Shown here: piece after piece, positions 1 to 12,746 of the stretch
Layout of the letters: each line of letters opens with the position of its first letter
How positions within the stretch are numbered: the stretch's first letter is position 1
NCBI GenBank assembly: GCA_963702015.1
Contig: OY969698.1
Coordinates: 989,672 to 1,053,671 of the forward strand
Direction: 5' to 3'
Source: an uncultured Planctomycetaceae bacterium
GTDB taxonomy: Bacteria; Planctomycetota; Planctomycetia; Pirellulales; PALSA-1355
Length of the DNA stretch: 64,000 nt
Notes under the pieces: generated by a model
Databases searched by the model: none
What the model was told of the DNA's origin: nothing
What the model saw: only the letters and a program-made list of their open reading frames with translations
Made by a program: the position numbers and the translations under genes

Positions 1-623
1 GATTCGTCCGCCTGACGGTCGTGCCGTTCTTCAGCACGATCGGAGACGTCACCGAATTCACCTTCTCCGGCTCCAGCACCACCACCAACAACACCAGCAC
101 CAGCAACAGCGCCACCGCGGCGGGCGACACCACGGCGAGCAACGCCGACGACGCAACGACGACCAACACGGGCGTCACCGTGCAGTTGCCCTCGTTCTCC
201 TTCGTCACCGTGACGACCACCGTCAGCGTGCCAGACGGCGGAACCGTGCTGCTGGGCGGCATCAAACGTTTGAGCGAGGGACGAAACGAATTCGGCGTGC
301 CGATCTTGAGCAAGCTTCCCTACATCAACCGTCTGTTCACGAACGTCGGCATCGGCCGCCAAACCCAAAGCCTGATGATGATGGTCACGCCGCGAATCAT
401 CATCCAGGAAGAGGAAGAACAACGCCTGGGCATCGCCGACTCCCTAAGCAGCCGCGGTCACGAGCCGCCGCTCACCAATCCCCCCCTGTGGCCTCGGCAG
501 CTGCACTATGCGGTTGCCGAGGCTTTTTCGTCGTCGCCGTCGGCCGGTCATTCCGCCGGCGAAGAGGCGGCCGGCGATTGGGTCGCGGCGGCGCAAAGCC
601 GCGCCGCAGCGTGTTTTCGGTGA
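1..623 (+). CDS. Secretin-family outer-membrane channel protein, C-terminal part (gene begins upstream of the window)
   Basis: The frame is open from position 1 to the stop at 621-623. ..[60 protein letters not shown].. is the conserved C-terminal secretin signature (GspD/PilQ/CpaC type), preceded by a Thr/Ser/Asn-rich linker. The last codons overlap the convergent putA 3' end, so the true stop may lie earlier. Confidence 0.7.
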   Translation, partial: FVRLTVVPFFSTIGDVTEFTFSGSSTTTNNTSTSNSATAAGDTTASNADDATTTNTGVTVQLPSFSFVTVTTTVSVPDGGTVLLGGIKRLSEGRNEFGVPILSKLPYINRLFTNVGIGRQTQSLMMMVTPRIIIQEEEEQRLGIADSLSSRGHEPPLTNPPLWPRQLHYAVAEAFSSSPSAGHSAGEEAAGDWVAAAQSRAAACFR

Positions 624-3607
624 TCGTTCGTGGCAGCACGAATTGCAGCAGATAGTCGCTGCCGCCGGCTTTCGTGCCGATGCCCGACATTTTGAATCCG
701 CCGAACGGCTGCCGACTGACCAGCGCGCCGGTGATGCCGCGATTCAGATAGAGATTGCCGACCAGAAACTCTCGCCGTGCGCGTTCGAGATTGCGCGGGA
801 CTGCGCGAAAAAATGCCGCCCGTCAGCGCATACTCGGTGCCGTTGGCGATGCGAAACGCCTCGTCCAGATCGCCGGCCTTCATGACGGCCAGCACCGGCC
901 CGAAGACTTCCTCCTGGGCCAGGCGGGCATCGGCGGGGACATCGGCAAAAATGTGGGGGCCGACATAAAAGCCCTCGTCGGCCAGCGGGCCGACGTCGAC
1001 CGCCAGCATTTCGCGGCCGCTGGCCGGCCCCACTCGATCGCCTCGCGAACCCGCGCGACCGATTCGGCATCGATCACCGGTCCGACGCTGGTGGCCGGAT
1101 CTTCGGCCGGCCCGACCTTCAGGCTGCGGGTCGCCTCGACCAACCGCTGGAGAAACGTGTCGTAGACGCCCGGCAGAACGATAACCCGCGAACAGGCCGA
1201 ACATTTCTGCCCTTGATAGCCGAAGGCGCTGGCGACCACCGCCAAGCACGGCCTCGTCCAGATCGGCGTCGTCGTCGATGATGATGGCGTTCTTGCCCCC
1301 CATCTCGGCGATCACATGTTTCAGTCCGCCCGGTCCGGTGGCCGTAATCTGGGCCGCGCGAGCGTGAATCGCCAGCCCGACCGATCGCGAACCGGTAAAC
1401 GCGATCAAGGCCACGTCGGGATGTTCGACCAACCGGGCGCCCGCCGATTTCGCCCCGGCCGGGCAAATAATTGAGCACGCCCGGCGGCAAACCGACCTCG
1501 GCGAAAACTTCCATCAACCGCGCCGCGATGACGGGCGATTGTTCGGCCGGCTTCATCACGACCGTATTGCCGGTGACCAGCGCCGCGGTGGTCATCCCGG
1601 TCAGAATGGCCAAGGGAAAATTCCAAGGGGCGATCACCGCCGCCACGCCGCGCGGAATGTATTCGAACCGATTTTCCTCTCCCGGCACGTCGACTCCGTG
1701 CGGACTGGCCATTTGCTCGGCGACGTCGGCGTAGTATTCGGCGAAATCGATCGCCTCGCAGACGTCGGCATCGGCCTCGCGCCATCCCTTGCCGCACTCG
1801 ACAATTTCCCAGGCAGCCAGCTCGAACCGTCGGCGGCGCATGGCGCCGGCAGCTCGGCGCAAGAACTCGGCCCGCTGCCCGACCGGCGTGGCGGCCCAAG
1901 CCGGCCAGGCCCGCCGGGCGGCTTGCGACGGCGCGGTCGGTCTCGGCGATCGCCGGCCGCGGCGGTGCGGCCGACCACCTCGCGGCGATGCGAAGGATTG
2001 ATCGACTCCAAATGTTCGGCGGTGCCGACCGAATGGCCGTCGATGACCAGCGGATAAAACTGGCCGAGGCGGCCGCGCACGCCGTCGATCGCCTGGCGCA
2101 TCGCCGCGCGGTTGGCCTCCAGGGTGAAATCGGTCGCGGGCTGGTTACGAAAGACGCTCGCCGCGCGCGGCGACGTCGTGCGGCTGGCGAGGCGAGAGGG
2201 TGGCCGTCGTGGGCCGGGGCATGTTCGCTGGGATTCATCATTAATTTCTCCACCGCGATGTTTTCGGTGAAACTCGCCCGCAAAAACGAATCGTTCGAGG
2301 TGTTTTCCAACAGCCGGCGGACGAGGTAGGCCATGCCGGGAATCAAATCGCCGTAGGGCATGTAGATTCGCAGGCGATAGCCCAGGTCGACAAAAACCTG
2401 CTTCTCGGCATCGGCCATGCCGTAGAGCATTTGCAGTTCGAGACCGGTTTGCGGCAAGCCGATGTGCCGGGCGGTCGCCAGGCCATGGGCCAGCGACCGG
2501 ATGTTGTGGCTGGCCAGGGCCGGCCGCAAATACTCGCTGTTGCGCAGCACGAACCGCGACTGACGTTCGAAGTTGGCGTCGGACTCCCATTTTTGCTGAA
2601 GCACCGGAATCGGCCAGCCGGCGGCCGAGGCATGGATCGTTTCGTAGTCCCAATAGGCTCCCTTGACCAACCGCACCCAAACCGGCGTGCCGCGCTCTCG
2701 GGCCCAATCGCGCAGCACGACCAGATCGTGCGCCGCGTCTCGCAGGTAACACTGGATGACGATGCCCACGTCGGCTGGTTTGGCGGAATTCCTCTTCCGA
2801 CAGAACCTGGCGAAAGATCGCCAGCGTCAGATCCTTCGTGCGGTACGACTCCATATCGATGTGCACGAACGCCCGATGCTCGCGAGCCACGCGCAGCAGT
2901 TGCCGCAGCCGCGATTTCACCCGCTCGGCGGTCCCCTCGGGATCGATGGGGTCGAACTGGCTGTCGAGCGCCGAGAGCTTGACCGATACGTTGACGCGCG
3001 GCAGCTCGGCTGAACAGACCGCGATCGATTTGCGCCACCTCGGGCCAGGCGTTGGCCGTGGGGGCGACGCCGCGAATCAGATCGAGATAGGCCTGGAAGT
3101 AACGCTCGGCCTCGACCTCGCTGGTGACCGCTTCGCCCAGGATGTCGAGCGTGAACGCCCGCTTCAGCTTTCGCTCGCGCAGGCGCCACGGTCAGCACTT
3201 CGGCCGTATTGACGCCGGCGATGAAGCGTCGGGCGTGCGACTGCGCATTGCGGCGAGCCGTCAGGGCCAGCGCCCGGCCGGCCAGCGTGTGCGGCGCGGC
3301 CACCGCCATTCCCAAGCGGACGGCCGAAGGGAGATGATCCTTGACGTCGTCGAAATATTCGTGCAGATGGCGCGTGACGGCGTCGCTCGAGTTGAGCATG
3401 GGCAGCACGTCGATGAAGCGAAACATCTGGACCTTGACCGACTCATCCTGCATCGCCCAGGCCATGATCCGATCGTCCCACCAGCGACGATCGAAGATGC
3501 TGACCTGGCCCCGTGCCGAGGCGGTCGAAGACGTACCGGCCGATCTCCTGAGTGGTTCGTTCGATCTTGGCCAGATCGCGATGCGAGAAGTCGTCGGCGT
3601 AGGTCAT
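548..3607 (-). pseudogene. putA: Bifunctional proline dehydrogenase / 1-pyrroline-5-carboxylate dehydrogenase (PutA-like), frame broken many times as read
   Basis: Pieces in three minus-strand frames join into one ~1020-aa protein. The start is MTYADDFSHRDLAKIERTT (ATG at 3607). ProDH part: MAWAMQDESVKVQMFRFIDVLP, IVIQCYLRDA..VRLVKGAYWDYE, QMLYGMADAEKQ..YMPYGDLIPGMAYLVRRLLENTSNDSF. ALDH part: [86 protein letters not shown]. There are at least eight frame changes. The 3' end is uncertain (472-548). Confidence 0.8.
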
Positions 3608-4320
3608 CGGCTAGCTCGCACTCGCCGATCGATCGGCTGCAACCTCGCGAGCTCGCCGTGGCACGACGGCGCCCCCATGTAATCTTATCGATTCAGCCGG
3701 CGCAAGGGGACAGGCGTGGCAGCGGAGCGTGGTAAAAAAACTCATCAAAAAAACGCAAAAACTCATTCTGGCGTCCCGCGGGCAGAACTACGATTGACCC
3801 CGAGTTTGGTACGGCTCGCCAGGCCCGCGTCGACTGGCTGGCCCGGCTCGCGTCGGCCTGGTCGTGCGGCTCGCGCAGTGGCAAACTGGCCTGCGTGATC
3901 GACATCCGCCCGCCCCCCGGGCAAGGCGGTCGCTGGACAATCCGCTGACCTCCGAAACCGTCGTCTGGCCGGAGGGAAGCCGCCGCCGCGACAGGTGATT
4001 CCGCAAACCGTCGAGTGTATGATGGATTGGCTATCGTGCCGATTCTCGCAAAGTCGGTGGCCGGCTCGGCCCAGGGCCGCTGATTTCCGATCTGCCTGAG
4101 CCACCTGGAGTGGCATGTCCCCCCCCGTGAATCGACCGCGTACTGCCTGCTACCGCCGGCCGGCCATGGCGCGATCGGAACCGCCGTGCGAGCGCCGCGA
4201 TGCATCCTGTCCGTTCGACGAGTATTGCCGGATCGAGCGGCTCGGCCGCACGTCGGCTCGCCTGGCTGCAGTCGCCACAACAACCCCTGATGCTGAACAC
4301 TCTGCTGCCCGAGGAATATT

Positions 4321-7300
4321 ATGTCGCTGCTACGGTCGAGTGCCTGGCTCGTGCTGATTTTGGTTTCGGCTTCGGCTTGGCCGACGCGCCGACGACTCCG
4401 GCGGCCGCACGCCCGCGGGCGTGCTGCCCACGGCTGCCGATGGCCGTCCGCTGAATCTCGATTTCGAACTGGGAACGCTGCAGGACTGGACCGCCGTGGG
4501 CGAGGCCTTCAAGGGGCAGCCGGTCAAAGGCGAGCTTGACCGCGCGGCAAACGGGCGCCGTCCGCAGGGAGAATATCTGGATCGGCACGTACGAGCGGAA
4601 GCGAAGACGGTCCGCGCGGCATGCTGATTTCGCGTCCCGTTCAAGGTGACGCATCCTTTCGCCGCGTTTCTGGTCGGGGGCGGAGCGCACCCGGAAACCC
4701 GCGTGGAAGCTGGTCCTCAAAGCCAACGACAAGGTCTTCTTCAAGGTGTCGGGCCGCGACCAGGAAGACATGGAGCTGGCGGTCGTCGATCTGAAGGCCG
4801 TGGCCGGGACAAGAGGTTTTCGTCCGCATCATCGACGACGCGAGCGGCGGTTGGGGGCACATCAATTTTGACAACTTCCGGTTTTACGACGCCAAACCGG
4901 CTGCCGCCGAAAGTGCCCGGCGCGCCCGACGTCTACGCCCATGCCGGCCTGAGCCCCGAGGAAGCGGCGGCGGAGATGACCCTGCCCGAGGGCTTCACGT
5001 GCACGCTGTTTGCCGGCGAGCCGGACGTTGTGCAGCCGATCGCCATGGCGCTCGACGACCGGGGCCGGCTGTGGATTGCCGAAGCCTACAGCTATCCGAT
5101 CCGCCTGCCCGACGCCGAAGCCCACGACCGCATTCTGATCTTCGAAGACACGAACGGCGACGGCAAATTCGACAAGCGGACGGTCTTTGCCGACAAGCTG
5201 AATCTGGTCAGCGGCATCGCGGTTGGGCATGGCGGCGTGTGGGTCGGCGCGGCTCCGAATTTCCTGTTCATTCCCGATGCCGACGGCGACGACCGGCCGG
5301 ATGGCCCGCCGCAAATTCTGCTCGACGGCTGGGGCTATCAAGACACGCACGAAACACTGAACGCGTTCATCTGGGGCCCCGACGGCTGGCTGTATGGCTG
5401 TCACGGCGTGTTCACGCACTCGAACGTCGGCAAGCCGGGAACGCCCGACAACGAGCGGCAGCCGATCAACTGCGGCATTTGGCGCTATCATCCGACGCGG
5501 CACGAGTTCGAGGTCTTTGCCCACGGCACGAGCAATCCCTGGGGAGTCGATTTCAACGATCAAGGTTCCGCTTTCCTCACGGCCTGCGTCATTCCCCACT
5601 TGTATCACGTGATCCAAGGGGCTCGTTACGAGCGGCAAGGGGGCGAGCACTTCAATCGCTTCACGTTCGAAGACATCAAAACGATCGCCGACCATCGGCA
5701 CTACGCCGGCGGCAGCGGTCCGCACGCCGGCAACGGCCGCTCGGACAGCACCGGCGGCGGCCATGCCCATGCCGGCGCGATGATCTATCTGGGCGGCGCC
5801 TGGCCGGCCGACTATCGCGGCAACATCTTCATGAACAACATCCACGGCCAGCGGATCAACATGGATCTGCTCAAGCCGAGCGGGTCGGGCTATGTCGGCA
5901 GCCACGGTCCCGACTTCTGCCTGTCGAACGACTCCTGGTCGCAAATCCTGAACCTGCGCTACGGTCCCGACGGGCAGGTCTACATGATCGATTGGTACGA
6001 CAAGAACGCCTGCCATCACGGCAACGTGCGAGGGGCACGACCGCTCGAACGGCCGGATCTTCAAAATCACCTACGGCCCGCCGAAACCGGTCACGGTCGA
6101 CCTGGCGAAAGAATCGGACGAGCAACTGGCCCAGCGGATGCTCGAGGCCAACGACTGGTATGTGCGCCATGCCCGCCGGCTGCTGGCCGAGCGTGCCGCG
6201 CGCGGACCGATCAACCCGAAGCCATCGCGGCGCTGAAGAAGATCGCGCTGGAACATGCCGACGAAACGCGGCGGCTGCGCGGCCTGTGGGCACTGCACGC
6301 CACCGGCGCGCTGGACGGAGCGCTGACGCGCAAATTCCTGGACGACACAAGCCCCTACGTGCGAGTTGGGCCATCCAGCTCGATGGCGACGACGCGCCGC
6401 GAGCCGATCGAGCCCGAAACGCTCGCCCGGCTGGAGCAACTGGCCGCCAGCGATCCCGATCGCCGGTGGTGCGGCTCTATCTGGCTTCGCGATTGCAACG
6501 GTTGCCGGCTCGAGCAGCGTTGGAACACCTTGGCCGCACTGGTCGCCGCACAGCGACGATGCCGGCGACCACAACTTGCCCGACATGTACTGGTATGCGC
6601 TGGAACCTTTGTTCGACAAGGACGCGGCACGGGCATTGAAACTGGCCAGTCGATGGGCAAATCCCGCTGTTGTTCCGCTTTGCCACGCGGCGATTGGGCC
6701 TGATCGGCACGCCCGAGGCGGTCGATCTGGCCATCGAGACGCTCGGCAATCAGACGGCTGCCGATCGGCAATTGCAGATGCTCGAAGCGCTGAACAGTGC
6801 GTTCCAAGGCCGGCGGCAGGTGCCGGCGCCGCCGTCGTGGCCGACAACGCTGTCGAGCGGCTGCGCAAGAGCGATCAACGGCGGCGTCCGATTGCAATTG
6901 CAAGCCCTGGCGGTAACGCTGGGCGATTCGTCGGTGTTGGCGGAGCTGCGCGAGGTGGTGAAAGACACCAAGGCCGATCCGAAATTGCGCAGCGATGCGC
7001 TGGCCTCGCTGCTCAAAGCCCGCGACAGCCAGTTGCCCGGCATCCTGCGCGAGCTGCTGCGCGATCCGGTGCTGTCGGGCGGCGCCTGCGCGGGATGGCC
7101 GAGTTTTCCGATCCGGAAAATGCCCGGCTTGATTCTGGACAGTGTTCGATTCGCTGCCACCGGCCGAGCGGCGCGACGCGCTGGCGACGCTCTGTGCGCG
7201 CGTGGAATACGCCCGAGTGCTGATGGCGGCGGTGGTTGCCAAGCGCGTGCCGGTCCGCGAACTGTCGGCCGACCTGGTGCGGCAGTTGCGCAATCTGAAA

Positions 7301-8392
7301 GACGAAGCGATCACCGCACAGATCACCGATTTGTGGGGAATGTCGCGCGATTCGGCCGAAGACAAAAAGCGGATGATGGCCGACTACAAGCGACATGGTC
7401 GAGGGGCATGGCCCGCCGGCCGACGCCAATCTGGGCCGGGCCGTGTTCGCCAAAACCTGCCAGCAGTGCCACACACTGTTCGGCACCGGCGGCAAGGTCG
7501 GCCCCGATCTGACCGGCTCGAACCGCGCCAACCTCGACTATCTGCTGTCGAACGTGGTCGACCCGAGCGCGGTGCTGGTCAAGGAATATACGCCGAGCAT
7601 CATCCAGACCGAAGACGGCCGCATCATCACCGGCATCATCAAAGCCCAGGACGACCGATCGGTCACCGTGCAGACGCAAAACGAATTGCTCGTGCTGCCG
7701 CGCGAGGAAATCGCCCAGCAGCGTCTGAGCGAGCAATCGATGATGCCCGACAATCTGCTCATCCCGCTGTCGCACGAACAGGTGCGCGGCCTGGTGGCCT
7801 ATCTGGCCAGCCCGCAACAAGTGCCGATCCTGGCCACGCCGGAAAACGTGGCCGGATTCTTCAACGGCAAGGATCTGACCGGCTGGTACGGCACCGACGG
7901 GCTGTGGAGCGTCGAAGGAGGGCGAGATCGTCGGCCGGACCGACGGGTCTGGCAAGAAACGAGTTCCTCAAGAGCGACATGCTGCTGGGCGACTTCCGCC
8001 TGACGGTCGAAGTCAAACTGGTCGACAACGCCGGAAACAGCGGCATCCAGATCCGCAGCGAAGCCCAGGCCCGACGGCGAGGTCAAAGGCTATCAGGCCG
8101 ACATCGGCGTGGGCTGGTGGGGCAAACTGTACGAGGAATTGGGACGCGGCATCTTGTGGGACAAATCGGGCGAAGAGTTCGTCAAACCGGGCGAGTGGAA
8201 CACTTACGAAATCGTCGCCATCGGCAGCCACGTCCGCACCCGGATCAACGGCCACACGTGCGTCGATCTCGACGATTCGCTGGGTGCCCGGCGTGGAATC
8301 ACGGCGGTGCAATTGCATGCGGGCGGAAAGACCGAAGTCCGCTTCCGCGACTTCAAGCTCGAGCTCGATCCGAAGAGATCTCGGACCCGTAA
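4321..8392 (+). pseudogene. Planctomycete-type multidomain protein: N-terminal module, membrane-bound-dehydrogenase domain, HEAT-like repeats, c-type heme site, DUF1080-like C-terminus; frame broken many times
   Basis: Signal peptide MSLLRSSAWLVLILVSASA. N-terminal module: LNLDFELGTLQDWTAVGEAFKGQPVKG and GGWGHINFDNFRFYD. Dehydrogenase block: LPEGFTCTLFAGEPDVVQPIAMALDDRGRLWIAEAYSYP...YMIDWYDKNACHH (ORF 4646..6703). Heme motif CQQCH at 7458-7472. C-terminus: GWWGKLYEE..WNTYEIVAIGSHVRTRINGHTCVDL..FRDFKLEL. There are well over ten frame changes, about seven of them within 4321-4900. The stop is at 8392 or 8477 depending on frame. Confidence 0.75.
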
Positions 8393-8412
8393 TGGCACGC
8401 GGCGGTGCGGCT

Positions 8413-9412
8413 CAATGCACGAACGGCAGTCGCGACAATCCCCAGATCAAGAGCACGAAGAGGATGATGGGCGATAAGCCCAGACCGATTCGCTTGGCCT
8501 GCCGGACGAATTCGCCTGCTTGCCGCGGCCTTTTCGCTGTCGGCAGACATCTCGCCGTCGGCGGCCATATCATCGTCATCGGCCGCCGGGGCTCGACAAA
8601 TCGGCATCTGCCAGATCGCCGTCAGCCGGCGTCGACCGATTCGACCAGCAACAGGCCATCGTCGATTTCATCCCGGCCGCGGCAGGCGCAAAACAGCCGC
8701 CGCCCGGCGATGAGCACAAAGCCGACGGGCCACGCCGAGCGACCAGAGAAGCTTCGACTGCCGACTCTGATCGTGCACATTGGGCCAAATGCCAGCCAGG
8801 CCGCGACAACCGCCGACGCAACGCGGCCAGCACGCCCACCAGCGGCAATCGCAACCGTCACGCGGCCAACAGATAAACCAGCAGTCCGCCGACGATGGCG
8901 CGGGCGGCAAGCGTGCCGGGCTCGATCGCGGGAATCGTCGTTTCGCCGGCAATGCCGGACGGCGGAAGTCCGGCTGCGAGCTGAAATAGCTGGCCGCCAG
9001 CCAGCCGGCCTGCCAGAGATGGCCAGCCGCAAGACGAACTCCAGCACGCCGAACCATGCCAGCAGCACCGCGGCCAGCGCCAGTCCGGCGACGACCGGAT
9101 AGCTCCAGCGTGGCAACAGGCCGGCACGTGGACCGGTCGTGCACAGCCGGCCCAATTCGATCAGCCCGACCAGGGCAATCGATCTCGAGCGCCAGACGAG
9201 CCGACTGGCCAAGCGGCAGGTCGGCTCATGCCTACGGCTGCCAAGTCGCACCACTCGGCCAATGCCGAGCGCGATCGTGGCCGAAAAGTCCCCAGGCAAC
9301 GGTGGGTCGCCGGCGGCGCGGCCCAAGGCCGAGCAGGTCATGCCGCGAGGGTAAACAGTGCCAAGCCGGCCAGAAAATGGGCCGGCGCCGCCGCGATGAG
9401 GATCGAGTTCAT
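8413..9412 (-). pseudogene. Hypothetical multi-pass membrane protein, frame-disrupted
   Basis: Begins MNSILIAAAPAHFLAGLALFTLAA (ATG at 9412). Hydrophobic stretches are spread over three minus frames (PVVAGLALAAVLLAWFGVLEFVL; AIVGGLLVYLLAA). An acidic tract is followed by a terminal TM segment, LSPIILFVLLIWGLSRLPFVH, then a stop near 8413. No family recognised. Confidence 0.3.
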
Positions 9413-9761
9413 GGAACTTCCTAAAACCATATCGTGAATTGCGGGGGAGCATCCGCAGCGGCCAGAGGCAAACTCCGTCTCTTCCGCTGGACAACCATAA
9501 GTCGGTGCAAGCGATTCGCCTGGCCAAGTTCGGGCCAGGCCATCGTAACCGGCCAGCCGACGCGGCAGGAACGTTTGTAACGATTGAGCGGGAAATGGAG
9601 GGGATGAGTCGATTTTCACACATCTGGCAGGCAACCCGATGCCGCTGCGGATGCTATATATCTCTGAGCCCTGGGGTGAGTCTGACGGCGCGGTGCGTCG
9701 AGGCCGTCGGTGCAGAGATAGGACTCAGGGCGAAAACTCAACAGCGAGTAGAGTTTCAAAC

Positions 9762-10623
9762 ATGTTTGTCATCGGCGGAGCGATCGTCGTCGTGGCCGCG
9801 GTGCTGGCCGGTTTCACCTTGTCGGGTGGGACGGTCGGCGCGCTGTTTCATCCCACGGAACTGCTGACCATCGGCGGCGCCGCACTCGGTGCCCTGATCA
9901 TCATGTCGCCGGTCAAGGTGCTGAAGGACCTGATGCGCGGCATCCTGTCGACGCTCAAGGGCCCCCCGTACAACAAGGAAACCTACAGCGAACTGTTCAA
10001 AACGCTGTACGACCTGCTGCGGCTGGCCCGGCGCGAAGGGCTGATCGCCCTGGAGTCGCACGTGGCACATCCGCACGAGAGCAACATCTTCAGCAAATAT
10101 CCGCTGATCGTGGGCAACCACCACGTCTCGCAATTCATCTGCGGCGCGCTGTCGCCCGTGATCGAAGGAACCGCCACGCCGAGCCAATTGTCGTCGCTGC
10201 TGGAGACCGAAATCCACACGATCGAAGAGGAGCACCATGCTCCGCTGCTCGCACTGTCGAAAACGGCCGATGCGATGCCGGGCTTCGGCATCGTGGCCGC
10301 GGTGTTGGGAATCGTGATCACGATGGGTGCGATCGACGGGCCGGTGGAAGAGATCGGCCACAAGGTCGGCGCCGCGCTGGTCGGCACGTTCTTGGGCATC
10401 TTGATTTCGTACGGATTCTTGGGCCCCTTGGCCTGCTCGGATGGAAGCGATGGGCCTGGACGAACTGGCCTTCTTTCGCACGATTGCGAAGATCGTGCTC
10501 GGCTTCGTCAACGACGTGCCGCCCAAGGTCGCCATCGACCAGGCCCGCCGCGGCGTGGCCAGCGAAGTGCGACCCTCGCGTGAAGAACTCGACCAGTTGT
10601 TCAAAGACGCTGAAGCCGTCTAA
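9762..10623 (+). pseudogene. motA: Flagellar motor stator protein MotA (one frame break near 10437)
   Basis: MFVIGGAIVVVAAVLAGFTL... followed by ..PGFGIVAAVLGIVITMG..GAALVGTFLGILISYGFLGPLA, then in another frame MEAMGLDELAFFRTIAKIVLGFVNDVPPKVAIDQARR. The layout and motifs are those of the MotA/PomA family, and the gene lies directly upstream of motB. Confidence 0.8.
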
Positions 10624-10641
10624 CGATTCACGACCGGGGGA

Positions 10642-11468
10642 ATGCCCCCCAACAGGAAGGCAGGCCGAAGATGGCTGGGCGGAGGTGGTGCATGGAAAGT
10701 CGCCTACGCGGACTTCGTCACCGCGATGATGGCCTTTTTTCTCGTCATGTGGATCGTCTCCCAGGATAAGCCGGTCAAGGAAGCGATCGCCCAATACTTC
10801 AACAACCCCTACGGCTCCGGCATGGTGGCGGGGGCAAAATCGGGCTCGCTGCTGCCGAACAAGGATGGCGGCGCGCTGCCAAGTCCCAAGGGACCGAGCC
10901 GGGCGCCGACCGGCCACGTGTCGGAAACGACCGTCCGCATGAGCGAAGACCCCGACGAACGCGGCCGCGGCAAATCGAGCCTGCAGATGATGCACGACAA
11001 GAATCAATCGGCCGTCGGCACCATCGTTCCCTTCGACAGCGATTCGGCCGAGCTCGACGCCCGGGGCAAACAAGTGCTCGACGAGCTGGCCCCCGATTTG
11101 CTCGGCAAACTGACCAAGATCGAAATTCGCGGCCACGCGGCCGGCCGGCCTTTGCCGCCGGACAGTCCCTATGCAGGACACCTGGCAGCTTTGCTACGCC
11201 CGCAGCCAGGCCACGATGAAACATTTGTTGGCCAAGGGAATCGAACCGGGGCGGATTCGGCTGAGCCAAAGCGGCAGTTACGAGCCCCCGCGCGGCACGC
11301 GCGGCGAAAACCTGCCGAGGTCTCGAATCGCGCGTCGAAATCTTCGTGCTCAACGAACTGATCAACGAACCGGTGGAAACCGCGCGGCCGAAGCGCGACC
11401 TGCGGCCCAAGCTGCCCAACAAGCCGTTCGGCACCAAACGGGCCATGGCCGACCCCGACGCCGGTTAA
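10642..11468 (+). pseudogene. motB: Flagellar motor protein MotB (OmpA-like C-terminus); two frame breaks (about 11168 and 11335)
   Basis: N-terminal WKVAYADFVTAMMAFFLVMW TM/plug segment. C-terminal peptidoglycan-binding part: VPFDSDSAELDARGKQVLDEL..IEIRGHA..CYARSQATMKHLLAKGIEPGRIRLSQSG..RRVEIFVL. Stop at 11466-11468. Confidence 0.75.
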
Positions 11469-11896
11469 CGCGGCGCAACTGGCGCGGCGTCTCATCGCCG
11501 GCTCAAAAAGCTCCGCGTGACTTCGGCCAATTGATCCGGCTTCGAAAAATCCGCGGCATGGGTGCCCCCAGCAATCACCGCTAACTGGCCTCGCGGTCAC
11601 ACGATATCTATTCTGAGCGCCAGTCGCCCGGAAAGGACGAAGGCGGCCCGATAATAAGGCGGCAGCCGCTTGCTATCCTGGGGTGGTTGGTCGTCTTCGA
11701 TGGCCGGCCCGCGCGAAGCCTTGGGGTCTTTCCCGCTGGCTTCTCCCCGAGGCCCGTCTCAGTCTTACGCTCGCAGCGAGCAATCGTATGACCGGGGTGC
11801 GGCAGCGCATTCTTCATCGATCTACTCGACAAGCCGCGCGCGAGCCTGAATAATCGGCCCCATGAGAGTCAATGTACAGGCGAAACACCGACACCG

Positions 11897-12707
11897 TTGG
11901 CGGCGACCCCGGTCGGCGTCGCGGTTCGCCTGGCGATCGTTGTGGCACTGGCCATCGTCGCAGGGCTGGGTGCCTGTTCGCGCGGAGTGCGGTGGCCAGG
12001 GCAACAAGGCAATCGAGAGCCGATTCTGGTTTTGATCGCCGCCAGCACAGCCGACGCCCTGCAAATGCTGGCTGACCGCTTCACGGCCCAAACCGACATC
12101 CCAATCACGCTCAGCGCCGGCGATTCGGCACGTTGGCCAGTCAGATTGTCGCCGGAGCACCGCCGCCATCTTCCTGTCGGCCAATCGCAAATGGGCCGAC
12201 TTCGTCGACGGCAAAGGGTTGGCACTCGAGTCGACGCCACTGCTGGGCAATCGGCTGGTGCTGATCGTGCCGGCAGGCAACCCCGCCAAAGTGACGGGGC
12301 TCGCCGATTTGACCTCGGGTAGCGTAAAGCGGTTGGCACTGGCCGGACCAACGGTACCGGCCGGAATGTACGCCCGGCAGGCGCTGGCGAAATTGGATTT
12401 GCTGCCGTCGTTGGAAGACGATCGAAAGATCGTCGATGGCGAGAACGTGCGCGTGGCCCTGACATTTGTCGAGCGTGGCGAGGCCGACGCCGGTATCGTC
12501 TATGCCACCGACGCCGAGATCGTGCTGGGCGTCAAGGTCGTGGCGACGATCGATCCGAACTTGCATGAGAAAATCGTCTATCCGCTGGTGCTGCTGAAAC
12601 AGTCGGCCGACGATCCGCGTGCCCGCCAGTTTTACGAATATCTGCAAAGCCCGGATGCGGCCGCGGTGTTCGACGAATTCGGTTTTATTTGGCGGCCTGA
12701 TAATTGA
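11897..12707 (+). pseudogene. modA: Molybdate ABC transporter substrate-binding lipoprotein ModA (two frame breaks, about 12128 and 12160)
   Basis: Lipoprotein-type signal ..ALAIVAGLGAC. ILVLIAASTADALQMLADRF; IFLSANRKWADFV; NRLVLIVPAGNP; VALTFVERGEADAGIVYATDA. These are typical ModA family blocks. Confidence 0.8.
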
Positions 12708-12746
12708 TGGGCAAGTCCATTTCCGGGCGACAACACCGACGTGTAG

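Noticed and set aside
4862-6639. Long alternative-frame or antisense ORFs (4862..6070 minus, 4999..6639 plus) inside the dehydrogenase gene
   Set aside because: Their translations are Arg/Ala/Pro-rich GC artefacts. The conserved motifs lie in ORF 4646..6703; short real segments in the 4999 frame are explained by frame breaks.
11492-11596. 34-codon fragment (..LAVIAGGTHAADFSKPDQLAEVTRSFLSRR*) resembling the C-terminus of an alpha/beta hydrolase
   Set aside because: It is too short, and the upstream 230 bp show no matching hydrolase N-terminal motifs in any frame. It may be a gene relic but I cannot support it as a feature.
11600-11896. Possible molybdenum-cofactor (Moco) riboswitch upstream of modA
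   Set aside because: I see CCGGAAAGGA and CTCCCCGAGGCC strings, but their order and pairing do not fit my recollection of the Moco motif, and I cannot run a covariance model. It would need cmscan with RF01055.
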